From Glycera tridactyla (lineage: Eukaryota), in contig OZ286472.1 in NCBI GenBank assembly GCA_965644265.1, positions 44,950,001 through 45,014,000 of the forward strand: 64,000 bases of DNA. Reading direction: 5' to 3'. The position numbers and the translations under genes are program-made. This document shows positions 51,801 to 64,000 of this stretch, piece by piece. A model generated the notes under the pieces. That model saw nothing but the letters and a program-made list of their open reading frames with translations, did not search any database and was not told the origin of the DNA. Position 1 is the stretch's first letter. Every line of letters starts with the position of its first letter.

Positions 51801-53513
51801 GCCTTGTAAAAAAATAACCCGCCTAATTGATGGTCTCTGATTATCGTTATGTACAGCAGTAGACATTCAACTGCCATCCATGGCTTGGCCTGATGAATGG
51901 CAGGTATGCCCTTTTTTACATGTACAACCTGGATTGTGATCATTATGATAGGACTATCCACAGGCAACACCCAACCTCTTCATTGATCTCATGAAACGTG
52001 CAGTTTCCACGGTGTATTCGATGATCCACGCATTTTCTCGCTGTGCCATTGGCGTCATCCTATCAATTCACAAGATAAAGAAACTGTCAGGGAGAGAATG
52101 GACTATGCTCGTACACGTGCAATGGCTCATTGCAGCCTGACTTATATGACTCGCGCACGAGCAAAACCCTCAATAGTTGCCATTTCGATGAATTGAGGCC
52201 GTTGAGTGAACCAGGTCATGAATCCTAAACCTACTTTGCACATGCACATAAATGCTCACCGCTAGGACAGCATTAATATCCACTTGTTATCACCTACTCC
52301 GATAACTTCGCTGGTTATCTTCGGACAATCTGACGTGTGATTCAGATGTGATTTGTTGTTTAGTTTCACATATATTCCTTGGGGTGGAATGTAGTTGTGT
52401 GCGGACATAAGGTACCAGAACCCATCATCATCATTAGGATCTCATTTGATGGATACAACATAAGGATGCGAAACCGCAACTTTCGTCGATGGAGGTCGGG
52501 AAGATTGACCACAATCAATGTATCGATGTCAACAGTAAACACTAGATACTAAAGAGTTTTCATTACTAAGATCTCGACCAAAAGCCGGAGACAGGATTAT
52601 CTAAACATGATATTCATCTTCTTCAGATCTTTTCCTGGTGAGTTGAATTCCCATGATCATATCATCAAATACAAAGTATGAGCAAACTAGTGAGACTTGA
52701 TCAGTGGTGGTGTGAGATGTACTTGGATACCATACCGTCTCGAGGAGCGCGGTAGAAGCAGCCAATACAGCAAACAAGCAAACCAGAATATATCTGTAAT
52801 TTTGAAATGACCTGCTTCAGTCGACCAGTAGTCTTACAATGTCATACTGGCCTCACAGTGTGAGGTGCCCTGGGAAGAGAATGATGAATAGACAGCTTAG
52901 ATGAGACAAGATAGTGTGCATGTGGTGTCGATGATAAAAAACCTTAAGCCCACACATCACACACAGCAACAGTGCTTAGACGGCGCTACGTCAGCCACCG
53001 GTATTCACATGACATCTTCATTTGCAGCGAAGTTTGCAAAAACCATCATAGCAAGTAGTGAATGATATTCACTGGCCACTATCAACAGTCCTCTCGATCA
53101 TGACCAGAGGCACACGGGCAGATTACAACCCTGAAACCCCATGTCTGAGAAAATCTGGTCAAATCAACGGAATTTCTTCAACCATGATAAGCAAAGCTAA
53201 TCAATTACAGTGGATCTCCGCCTTGAGGGAACATATGAGAAAGTGTTTCGATGACACTGCATTCAGTAGTTAGATGTCCATAGCTGCCATTTGTAAGAAT
53301 TGTCGCCTTCGACTATATTCATGATGAACATTCGTCTGGTGACTCTCGAGAACCTGTCAAGCAAGTCAATATACCAGCTGCTTCCCACATTCAAGCGAGA
53401 ACCAGCGTCTAGTACGTGGACATTTGAAGGACATGGCATCGCCGTCGAAACCCTGATACTATCTGTATTGTGTGTGCAGACATTCAGAAGATGGAGTGAA
53501 ATATGAGGGAACA

Positions 53514-54227
53514 CTAATGGGTTAACCCAGCTGCCTGGCGGAAAGCACTCAGGACCCCTAATGGCTTCAGCACATTCTTTTTTATCTTCTCCATACGCTC
53601 TATAACAACACGATTCTCAGCATCAATGTCCAAACCTGACGCATCCTCAATCTCCTTTGCTTTGAGAAAGCCTCTGCGGATAGCCTCCACAACATATATC
53701 TGCTCACCGGTCACGTTGTTTATATAAGTCCCTGTTTCCTTATCAATGAGGCCCCTTTTAACAGCTTCATAGAATGGCACTTTCTTTTTCAGTCTCTGAT
53801 CAACAACGGCATTTACAGCGTATATTTTCGTATCAAAATCCGGTAAAACAGGCTCAGGCTCGTATTCGACCAGCACCCAGCCATGTTGGATAGCGTCATC
53901 TAGTGGGAATTTCTCCCCTGTGAGTGAGTTTGTAAATTGAGCCTCCTCCTCGTTAATGAGTCCTTTCTCTCGAGCTTCCTCAGGTGATAGTTGTTCACCC
54001 GTACGTGGGTCGACGACACCCGTGATGTGATAATGTCGGCTGTCCATACTTGTTTTAATGGTGATCAGGCCAATCGCTTTCAATTCCTCTCTCGTTTTGG
54101 TCGTCGTTGTTTGCTCGACAAGGATCTTGCCAGTATTCATGGCTTCCGGAATCGGGATAGCCTCACCAGTGACGAGGTTCACGTAGGTACCATGTTCCTG
54201 ATCAACAATTCCTTCGGAGATAGCAGC
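53514..54227 (-). CDS. Terminal exon encoding plectin (plakin) repeats
   Basis: Acceptor TTTTTATTTGTCCGCAG|GCT, phase 0. AAISEGIVDQEHGTYVNLVTGEAIPIPEAM..., GVVDPRTGEQLSPEEAREKGLIN... and AVVDQRLKKKVPFYEAVKRGLIDKETGTYINNVTGEQI... are plectin-repeat motifs. Stop at 53516-53514. Confidence 0.92.
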   Translation of the reverse strand, partial: AAISEGIVDQEHGTYVNLVTGEAIPIPEAMNTGKILVEQTTTTKTREELKAIGLITIKTSMDSRHYHITGVVDPRTGEQLSPEEAREKGLINEEEAQFTNSLTGEKFPLDDAIQHGWVLVEYEPEPVLPDFDTKIYAVNAVVDQRLKKKVPFYEAVKRGLIDKETGTYINNVTGEQIYVVEAIRRGFLKAKEIEDASGLDIDAENRVVIERMEKIKKNVLKPLGVLSAFRQAAGLTH

Positions 54228-54850
54228 CTGCGGACAAATAAAAACAACTATGAGGAACTATACTGAAGTTTGGCGTGGTGATATGTGATCTCCTTAGATC
54301 GTTAGATAGAGTATGGGTGATACGAGCTACGGATTGAAAGATCATCACCTAATTTCAGCGAATGCGGATTCCGATCTGATGTCTAATATACATTGTTTAG
54401 TGATTATCTGAAGTGTATGTAGCGTCGGAATACTACACTTCGATTGATAAAGATGCATGAAGTGGGGTTGGGGTCAGAATAGACACTGGTTTGGTTGTTT
54501 TGGTGAACAATCCCTCGGTTTGCCAGAAAAAAACAATTGATTCCCACGATTATCATCTGTATATTCTCTGTTATGACAGTCTCACTCCATATGCTATTTT
54601 CCATGGGGTATGAGGGTCCCACTACCAATCCCAATTCAATTTAGCCTTCGGGGTAATAAGCCGAGGGTCATGCAGTTCCATAGCAGTATAATCCATCGAG
54701 AAGCTCTGATGACTGAATAAAGTCCCTCATGGACTCCTATGGGGAATTTGACCTCCTGAATTCCGCAGTAGTGCCGCACTTCCAGTATATACTAATGAGT
54801 CTTTGATTAATTGATTTTGCAACGGATGTACATAGCATGAGACACTCTAC

Positions 54851-55082
54851 CTGTATACTGATTTCTTTGTTGGTTCTCGGATCGATGACACAGCGGATGA
54901 CGAAACGTCGGCGTTCCTCTGAGCTAGCTGACGTTATCTGGTCTGCTTCCACTGTCTCGTTCTTGTAGCCAGAGCCATACTCCGAGCAACTTTCTGTACG
55001 CTCCTTCTGTTCTGATGGCGGGATCTCTGTTATCTCCTCCCGGGTCTCCGTCTCCTCCATGGTCATCTTCATCTCGAAATAC
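54851..55082 (-). CDS. Internal exon B of the plectin-repeat gene
   Basis: Branch point CTAAC plus acceptor ...GATACAG|G TAT TTC (phase 2); donor CAG|GTAGAG (phase 0). Ends FVIRCVIDPRTNKEISIQ, which joins AAISEG to complete a plectin repeat. Confidence 0.88.
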
Positions 55083-57638
55083 CTGTATCGCAATAAACAG
55101 GAGTTAGTGACGCAGGACTACCACTTACACGAGAAGAATGAATAGCAAAAATTCATATGATGAGATAAATCTGAAAGCTGGAATAAACTTACAACGATTG
55201 TGACGTCGCAGCTAGAATCTCCAGCCTTCGACTGGATGACTCAAAACATTTATCATTATGTGAATAGCAAAAATTGTTTCAAAAGAGACTCAAAGGAAAC
55301 ATTCATAGGCACATACTTTTCCCAGAGATATACATACTTAGATGCCTTCTTTGATAAGGAAATTGTGCTTCATTTTTCCTATACACACGGCGAATTAACA
55401 ACATAATATATGTCATTCCCGTCTTACTTTTGAAAGTGAAACATTGAATAGAACTGTAGTGTTTCAACCGTGATATCAAGTGGGGATTAGGGAATTATAC
55501 TGAAGTGTCTATCATCGACAAAGCGACTGAAATTAGGTATGATATTTCAAAGAAAAAATAAGATAAGTTGCAGACATGATGATTCGAATATCCATCATAT
55601 AAGATATGAGTATCTACAACACCGACAGCCGCTCAATTATATAGAAACACTCATGTGATCTCATTGTCCATTACGTGAACACAAATCAAATCGGATTGAC
55701 ATACATCATGCAACACCCGCAAACAATTTACATACTGTCAAGCAAGGCCACACCATGGCATGCGACTCCTGCAAAACACAAACTACAGTGCGGACAGGGC
55801 CTCTTAACTATACATCGAACGACCACATTCGAAACAAAATATAAGCGACGGACAAATGAGCCTCAATTGATGAAAAATACAATCAGGGATGAAAGTTACT
55901 ATAGTGAAAAAATATCTGAAATCAGTCTCCGTCCCAAAATTTTGATTATGATCAAAATATCTGAAAATGTGGGCTATTGAAGCCAAATATCTGAATCCAG
56001 ATAATCATCTGAAAACTTCCATCCCTGTAAAATCCAGGCAGGTGAAATAATGTTTTTGGAGGAACACAGCATCATCATATTCGATAGGATCATACACTGT
56101 ACTAGACAAATGCACTAGACGAAAAAAAAGAGAAAAAACATTTCCTATACTGGATGTAAAGACATATCAATACACTAGAAGGCGAGAGTTGCAATCGAAT
56201 GATCATCAATTTTCAATTATCAAGTGTGATTTATCGTTGTTGGCCATCATTGTTCTATCCAGGAATATGCAAATATACGATCACACCAATCCAGATATCT
56301 TCCCGAGAGTACACTCAACCACCCAGGCTCCATGAACTATCAGCGTTCATACCTTCACTGTGAAATGTGATAGATAGGAACAGCAAGTGACATGACAGCT
56401 GAGAAGATTTAGATCTGTGTGATCCATCTCTTTCAATGCAAGCTCGATTTTGTAAGCTAGATTTCATATTTATGGAGTAAATGGAGGACATTGTGGATTC
56501 TACGGATGTATATTTTGGACATATTACATTGGAAGCTTGCTGAAACCCATAGGATCACGTGAGACTGATACAATAGTCATAGAGTGTCTCTCCAAGATGA
56601 CTTTCAAAGCAAAATTTCTGTTGATCAGGTTAGTATTATTTGTCCAGATTTAATTGTGACAGCCTAGAATGGTTGGCTGATGGTGGGCAAAGCAAATGGC
56701 ACAAGTTTGTATTGCCTCTGATGGAGCTATGGTCAAGACGACTGACAAGCCGTTAATGCAAACAGGACACTTTGAGACTTGGGGTATTTTCTCTTCTCTG
56801 CCTTCCATTTGTACTTGTATTCAGGCAAATACTCATTTGGCAGTCCCAAACTAAACGGCGTGATGGGAGAAAATGTTATATCCACGACACACATGCCAAA
56901 CACGAGACGATTATTGACCATCTGGTTGCGGTGATGTTTTTTTCACCAAAATGATTTATTCTGGGGACACAGACTGACTATTCAGTGAGAGCCACGTGAA
57001 TTCTGTTATAGATATGACAGTGCCAGGAATGCAATCCATATCGATAAGCTCTTTTCATTCACAAACAAGTTTTCATGAAGTTTTGTCCATAAACATATTC
57101 ATCAGTTGTACCAGCTTGGATTACAGAAGTGCGTGGGAGCTTCCAAGACCCTCTTGCTGCCCAAGAACCCATCAGTGACTTGTCTGATGAGCCCTCCTTC
57201 ATTCACAGTGCTTGGAATGAGCAGGATGTGCCCAAGAATGTATCACTTCGATTGCAAGATTGTATATGATATCAGAATTTATGATTAGCTTATGATGCGA
57301 TGTCATGTAAGGTAACAATGTCTCAAATCACTCCCATATGTAACCATCATTATGTGATATGGTATTTCTGGTACCCAATGTGATTTGTCGGCCTTGCAAG
57401 CTTTCTCCGATCATCTCCATAGTTAGGGTAAAGAGATGATTATCACAACTATAGTTGATAGTACCTAAATTCATTAGCCGATATTCTTACTGACATTCGT
57501 CAGTCCACTGTCTGACAAAATGTCTTTCAATGTATGCACCACACAGCAACACGGCATGATTTGTATTAATGACATCAGTAGGAACAAACAATAATATAGT
57601 ATTAGAACACACATTGAAAATGTTAGCTGGTTACTTGC

Positions 57639-59127
57639 TCACTTCTTGCAAGCTTGGTTAATAGAAAACCGGGCACATTGCTCAACAATGTAAATAGCAT
57701 ACTCTGAAGATGATCCTTCTTCTTTCTGGACGGTATCTCCGGATGCTGAGCATGAGATCATTTCACCTTCACCAGCTGATCCCTCCATCTCCTGCCCACC
57801 AATCCGTCGCCAACTTTCACCATAGCCAGATGATGAATAATCCTCTATAAGTTCTCCTTGTTGTTGTAGTTGTTGCTGTTGCATTTCTTGTTGACTTTTA
57901 GTGTAAATCACACCTTCGCCATATGATGAATATCCTTCAGAGTACTGATTTTGTTCCTCTTGCTGTTCCGTCTGCTGTTGTCGCATCCCCTGTGAATAAA
58001 TAACGCCTTCACCATATGAAGAATAATCTTCAGAGTATTGGTTTTGTTCCTGTTGCTGTTCTGTCTGTTGTTGTCGCACCCCCTGTGAATAGATAACGCC
58101 TTCACCATATGGAGAGTAATCTTCAGAATATTGATTCTGTTCTTGTGTCTGTTGCTGCTGCTGTTGCCCTTGAGTGTATATGACCCCCTCACCATAAGAA
58201 GAATAGTCCTCAATCAGTTCACCTTGTTGCTGTTTCGTTTGTTCTTTCTTCCCTTGAGTGTGAATAACACCTTCCCCATACGACGAATAATCTTCGATCA
58301 GTTCGCCAGATACATTTTGTTGTGACTCTTGTTGTTGCTGTTGGCCCTGAGTGTAAATTACACCTTCCCCATACGATGAGTAATCCTCTATCAATTCACC
58401 GGGTTGCTTTTGCTGTTGTTGTTGCTGCCGCTCTTGCTCTCTCTGAACCTTAGAATAAATGACACCCTCGCCATATGAGGAGTAGTCTTCGGTTAATTCT
58501 CCAGGTTGCTTTTGTTGCTCTTCTGTAGTGTGTGTGCCTTGTGTATATATGACTCCTTCACCATATGAGGAGTAGTCTTCGGTTAATTCTCCAGGTTGCT
58601 TTTGTTGCTCTTCTGTAGTGCGTGTGCCTTGTGTATATATGACTCCTTCACCATATGAGGAGTAGTCTTCGGTTAATTCTCCAGGTTGCTTTTGTTGCTC
58701 TTCTGTAGTGCGTGTGCCTTGTGTATATATGACTCCTTCACCATATGAGGAGTGATCTTCTTCTATTTGTTGTTGTCCAGGGGTGCGACCGTAGACAACC
58801 CCCTCTCCTGTCGAGTAATATTCTTCCACAAGTTTGCCAGGTCCTCGTCCAGCTACAGGGCCTACCGATTTCCTTTCACCTTGCTCTTCGGACGAGTACT
58901 CAACGCCATATCCTGAGGAAGAATACTCCTCGATCAGCCTATCACCGAAACCCTGTTTCTTCTGTCTACCATCTACAACATCTGTCGTAGTTGTAATGAT
59001 TTCTGTAACTTCGTCTCTCTTTTCCTTCTCAATGGCCTCACGATCAGGAGGTGCAGGGAGAGGGAGTATCTTGGTGATCTCCTCTCGTATTTCAGTCTCG
59101 ATCATGTGCATGCGCAGCTCCAAGTAT
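57639..59127 (-). CDS. Large exon A with ten YGEGVI(Y/H) Tyr/Gln-rich repeats (alternative terminal or internal exon)
   Basis: Acceptor TTAATTCACCAG|A TAC TTG (phase 2); about 495 open codons. It ends at TGA 57641-57639, which overlaps a possible phase-2 donor AA|GTGAGC. Confidence 0.85.
58480..58750 (-). repeat. 90-bp coding tandem repeat (30 aa, three near-identical copies)
   Basis: CCAGGTTGCT recurs at 58501, 58591 and 58681. Confidence 0.95.
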
Positions 59128-61229
59128 CTGGTGAATTAAGTATAAAAAATTTGTGGGTGTCCTTTGATACGATGGATCGAAAAATTATACATTGCATAAA
59201 AAAAAGACCATCATGAGAGTGGGAAAGAGAAGTACATGATAAATGCGTACCTATAATAGAAAATGTGATATATGAGGGGGGGGGGGGAAGTAATCGATGT
59301 GCCCAAGATCTACTGAGACAGAGTGAACCATCCACTTGAAAAAATATCATATGTATACCAATGACAACGAGAAGGTTTTCACGATAGGTTGTTTACCCAT
59401 TAGAGAGATGGCTTTCATATTCTCGAAAGCCTGCCCAAGAATTGAAACACTGACACAATTGTCCTTAACATACCATGATCTATCATCCATATTTATCTCC
59501 ATGAATCGTTTTAGTTATATTATCTAGCAGCCTGCAAGGAGCAGGCCTCAACTTTTTGAAATATCAGGACCTTTCATACCACATACCATCGGAACACCAT
59601 GCCTGTACATATTTAGGTGTTATGGGAATGACCTAACAAGTATTTCAGAATGTGGTCCTGTGCTTCCCCTATCATACTTGTATCACAACGAAAAGACCCT
59701 CAGCTGACATGCTGAGATTACGATAATGTACTACTATCTCAATATATCTGTATTCCCACCCTGGGTCATACTGCAAAAATTGAGTATCAGCCAACCATCT
59801 TCACAGGATATCGAACAGGGAATACCTACGTTGCAGAAAACATGTCGTATAGCTAATGGTACATGAGGAAGTCCATAAACATTCATAAGAAAGACTTCAT
59901 TAATATTCATCAAAAACTGACTAGATGGCATTCATAATCATTTGATATATGTCACAATTTTCTAGGACACGATATCAGCTACAGGGAATCTTCCGAACAT
60001 CTAGTGAGATTCGATGAACAGAAAATGATGTATATTTCAACATTACCTACAGGAGACACATCACGACAATTAGACACAACATCGATAGCGTGCATATTTG
60101 TTCCTAGAAAAAGGTCATTGTAATTTTAGGCTATTCGCTGAAATATGGTACTGCTTTCGTATCTCCATAGTCAGATACGAACGAAACAGGAAATGATCGA
60201 TTTATTGGTGAGGTATAGACATGCAGTTGAAAGGTTTCACCGAATACTCACTGTTCCCAACTGGGTGCACCATAAATGAAATGCAGATTACCCATCAAAC
60301 ATATCGATTCACTTATTTCTAATTGTCACACTTCTTGGCGGAATGAAGCCCGTTGGGCCATGGGATATTCAAGACAAAAAAGCACCTGGATAGTTTCTGC
60401 GGTGGTCAGCCTAGGTATGTCAATCTGATGAATATGATCTCAGGAATGAAGCATCTGATGTTGTAGTGAGTTGGGGGGGGGGGGGGGTCTTCTCGGTATT
60501 CCATGATTACGGATTGGTGAACAGTGCTCCGGCCCGGGTGGGTGACAGATATACCATTCATCCAATACAGGACAGCACCACATGCAAGGAGCATCTCTGG
60601 CTAGAGGTAATTGAGCGTGACCTCAATCCACTAAAACTTTGCCGGAGCTCTGTATCGCTGGAAAACGTCCCGCATGAGTGCTCAAACTATGCAGGCAACC
60701 CCATCTTCTGGTGTGCATTGTCCCCGAGTATCCGGGAAAGCTACAAACGTGTACACAGTTGCCAAGAAATGGAATCAGTGAAGAGGCCCAACTTGGTCAG
60801 GATATTGGATATTCAGTTCTCTATCACGGAGTGGATTTGTTTATTGCTCGATCGGGAAATAATATTCAAGTCAACAAATATTACTATCCATGTTTGGGTT
60901 CAGGGCACACTTTCCGGCTGTGAATTTGGGACCAATGCTGGTCCACTTGAATTACCCCTTATGCTATAGACACGTGAATGAGACACAACCACACTCATCG
61001 TAGCTGTTGCTTCTTTGTGAAAAATAAGGAAATAATCTACATTAGCACCTGTTTAACACAGAAAGTATCATATCCAGGATCAAGTGTACAAGTATGTTCA
61101 TTTTCAATTTTCTCCGAAACCTGGAATAGATCCGACGTCTGATATATCAAAGAATGGTGGCTGATCTATTTCCACTTGGATTACTGGGTGATATTAGCCA
61201 TTTGGATTTTATCGTGTTGATATTCTCAC

Positions 61230-61345
61230 CTGACTATTCGTCCCTTTCGATAGGGTACGATCTGTTCCCAGTGATCAACTATACGGATGGGACGAGATGT
61301 CTTCTCCATGTTACGTTGGAATAAGTGCAGCTGCTTCGAGAACAT
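61230..61345 (-). CDS. Internal exon of the same gene (MFSKQLHLFQRNMEKTSRPIRIVDHWEQIVPYRKGRIV)
   Basis: Acceptor CTGTCTTTTTCTCAG|, donor CAG|GTGAGA; 116 nt, phase 0 to phase 2. The terminal AG completes Arg with either exon A (A) or exon B (G). Not in the ORF track. Confidence 0.82.
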
Positions 61346-61492
61346 CTGAGAAAAAGACAGGAATCCATTAGCATTTGATACAAATGCTGTATTCATCAAC
61401 CAGATATGTGAGATAAAGATATATCTTCGTATTTGTGCTGTTTGGGATTCATGCGAGGAGAATAATTATTGGTGGCGTCCAAACTCTGGCCT

Positions 61493-61922
61493 GCATGGGA
61501 GCCTTGATTGTTTCACAGTAATCAGGGAAGGTCATGGGAGCCTTGATTGTTTCACAGTAATCAGGGAAGGTCATGGGAGCCTTGATTATTTCACAGTAAT
61601 CAGGGAAGGTCATGGGAGCCTTGATTGTTTCACAGTGATCAGGGGATGTCATGGGAGCCTTGATTGTTTCACAGTAATCAGGGAAGGTCATGGGAGCCTT
61701 GATTGTTTCACAGTAATCAGGGAAGGTCATGGGAGCCTTGATTATTTCACAGTAATCAGGGAAGGTCATGGGAGGCTTGGTTGTTTCACAGTAATCATGG
61801 AATGTCATGGGAGCCTTGATTGTTCCACAGTCATCAGGGAAGGTCATTGGAGGCTTGGTTGTTTCACAGTAATCATGGAATGTCATGGGAGCTTTGATTG
61901 GTTCACAGTTATCATGGAAGGT
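61493..61922. repeat. 39-bp intronic minisatellite, about 11 copies
   Basis: Unit CATGGGAGCCTTGATTGTTTCACAGTAATCAGGGAAGGT, with variant units at the right end. Confidence 0.95.
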
Positions 61923-62070
61923 AATTACTGCATGTCAAAGAGTCAGATTCCCTTAGCACTGGCGGGAACCTGATCTCGAGGTGAGAAAGGTATTTATTCT
62001 CTTCTCATTCGGATAGGGAGCTATTGGTATTCCCTGGTGAATATATCGTATAGGTCAACCATTTGATATA

Positions 62071-62245
62071 CAGTCAAACCTGTATTCAGCAACCACCCTT
62101 AGGACAGTGAAAAGTGGTTGCTTAAGACAGGTGGTTGTTTAATACAGGTCAATCATAGTGAGAAATACTCTGGAGGGATTTTCAAAAGTGGTTGCTTAAG
62201 GCAGGTGGTTGCTTAATACAGATGCCTTTATATTAGGTTCAACTG
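62071..62245 (+). mobile_element. pogo/Tc1-like MITE (second subfamily) with TA target duplication
   Basis: TA|CAGTCAAACCT...AGGTTCAACTG|TA; internal GGTTGCTTAA subrepeats. Confidence 0.85.
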
Positions 62246-62428
62246 TATTCCCTTTGGCGTAGACGTGTTTTCCATGTCTCACTTTCCATCAGGGATCCAG
62301 GAATGGCGTTTTGGATTATCTTACCCATGCCCATTGAATGATGGTCTGGATATGGTCCACTGGTGATCGAAAAAGCGAACCAATCAAACAACAAACGATG
62401 ATATGATAACCAGTAAGAAGTGACATAC

Positions 62429-62487
62429 CTGATAGCAGAGTACAGTCTTGTCCAGTGACGCAATGATGTCCACGAGGTCCCCAACCT
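62429..62487 (-). CDS. Internal exon of the same gene (xVGDLVDIIASLDKTVLCYQ)
   Basis: Acceptor ATTTCTTCCAATGCAG|, donor CAG|GTATGT; 59 nt, phase 1 to phase 0, in frame with the 61345 exon. Not in the ORF track. Confidence 0.78.
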
Positions 62488-64000
62488 CTGCATTGGAAGA
62501 AATAATATGCCATGAGATCATGCAAAGATATTCAAAACAAGAGTAATGCTGTCAAATAATTTGAAAAAGGATCTGGCTATCTATAAATCACCTTATATCG
62601 ATGCTGCCTCTACTTAATATATGCTGCAAATGCAACAACTACGTCTTGTTGCCTATGACTAGCATAATCTCAAGTATGTCTGGCAAAAGGGGAACAATTT
62701 CCGAGTGCACAACAATATTTGTAGTCAGTATTCAAGTCAAACTTATTGTACTCAGGCCTTGTTGTCTTTGCCACGACAGGATTTATCAAGGTGTTCCCCT
62801 GTCCACCAGATATGATGCAAATACAAGCTTGCAGAGGCGCAAAATTGTCATGTGTAGCATCTCATTACTAGGATATAGACATCATTTCCCGAGGCTTTGC
62901 TGTAGTTCAGATCGAATGTAGGACGAAAAACAACATACATTTATCGAGAACTACTGGATCACTGCATAATCATTGATAAATGTGGTGCTGAGTTCTATAA
63001 CATGGAGTGGTTATGTTTAATGTTCGATCGAGGGAAAAAGACCGTCCCAGTCACAAGGTGAATATGAGAAATCAAGACCAGGCTACATGCTCTGAAAAGA
63101 AAATATAGCTCTCACAGTTTCTGCTATGTCAACACTCAGCATCACTTCTACTTTTTATCCTGATATATCATAGCCATGACCTGATAGACAATTGACACTT
63201 TCACTGTGTTAAACACAGCAAGACAATGCAGTGAACCACACAGTATGTCACGACAAGGAAGGTGCTGACATGAAGCAAAACGATCTCATGATGATGAATA
63301 TAGTCTTATTCTGGATTGATCGTCAGTGGCATTTCCTAGTGAAATATCGTGAGGCATTAAGAAGGATGCAGCGTATTGCCAGTGCACAGCCAGACTGGAA
63401 GAAAGGTCAGTGAGGGTAGCCGAGATGCCATAAAACTCATTATGTATCCATTAACCGCCCCCACTGATAGCTAACAGCTGTTGTCAACTAGTAAGTCACG
63501 GTGACTTCAAGATCTTTCCTCGCCCTGGAGTTGGATAATCAGGAATACAATGTCTTGTGGGCAATTCATTTGATCCATGACCCCAGATTTTTAATTTTTT
63601 TCTGAGATAACTTCATAGCAAAACCCACCATGAACATTTGAACTCTCAGAGATATATACATGAAAACTGTGTGATTTCTCAATGGTGGTTTTCATTAGGC
63701 AACAAATTTTCATAAAAAAATCAGATGTTTCTGGATTCATTGATCACCATGTCCGAGGTATAAGCCTTTTCAACCATCACCTGGTTATTGGACAGAAAAC
63801 TGAGACAAAAAGTGTCAAAAATCCACAAATTATGAAAAGAGAACAAATCTCATTTTGTCAAATTTTGCCATTGGATCATATCATCATAAATGGGAATAAC
63901 AACCATGACATATCATTTTTCATCCATCAGCCAATACTACATATGATAATTGTGAAGCACACAAAAAATTGGGATCGAGAATTGTGTTTTTCTTATTCGA

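Noticed and set aside
60466-60969. 167-aa plus-strand ORF
   Set aside because: Starts in a poly-G run, is antisense within an intron, and has no recognisable motif.
61449-61934. Stop-free 13-aa repeat frame (MTFPDYCETIKAP) in the gene's sense strand
   Set aside because: A 39-bp unit easily leaves one frame open. The nearest acceptor (61928) is phase 1 for this frame, whereas the upstream donor at 62429 is phase 0.

Overview
Repeat-rich nuclear DNA of an invertebrate animal, not a prokaryote. It has GT-AG introns, microsatellites, poly-G tracts and two N gaps (26922-27167, 44291-44457); I cannot name the species. The best-supported gene is on the minus strand and enters from the right edge. 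I assembled five exons with compatible phases: 62487-62429, 61345-61230, 59127-57639, 55082-54851 and 54227-53514. They encode a segment I do not recognise, followed by two paralogous exons that can both accept the same donor. One carries ten Tyr/Gln repeats and runs to a stop; the other leads into a plectin-repeat C-terminus. At the left edge is an intact 988-aa non-LTR-retrotransposon-type ORF1. Its stop overlaps (ATGA) the start of a second ORF that is missing from the ORF track and begins with an SGNH/GDSL esterase motif rather than an endonuclease. Between these lie a near-perfect 2.3-kb tandem triplication with a templated junction insert, a promoter-like island with a candidate micro first exon, and a TIR element with a 4-bp target duplication. 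There are also pogo/Tc1-like MITEs, SINE fragments, minisatellites and decayed CR1-like, Tx1-like, Penelope-like and Academ-like relics. All family assignments come from motif recognition by eye; no searches were run.
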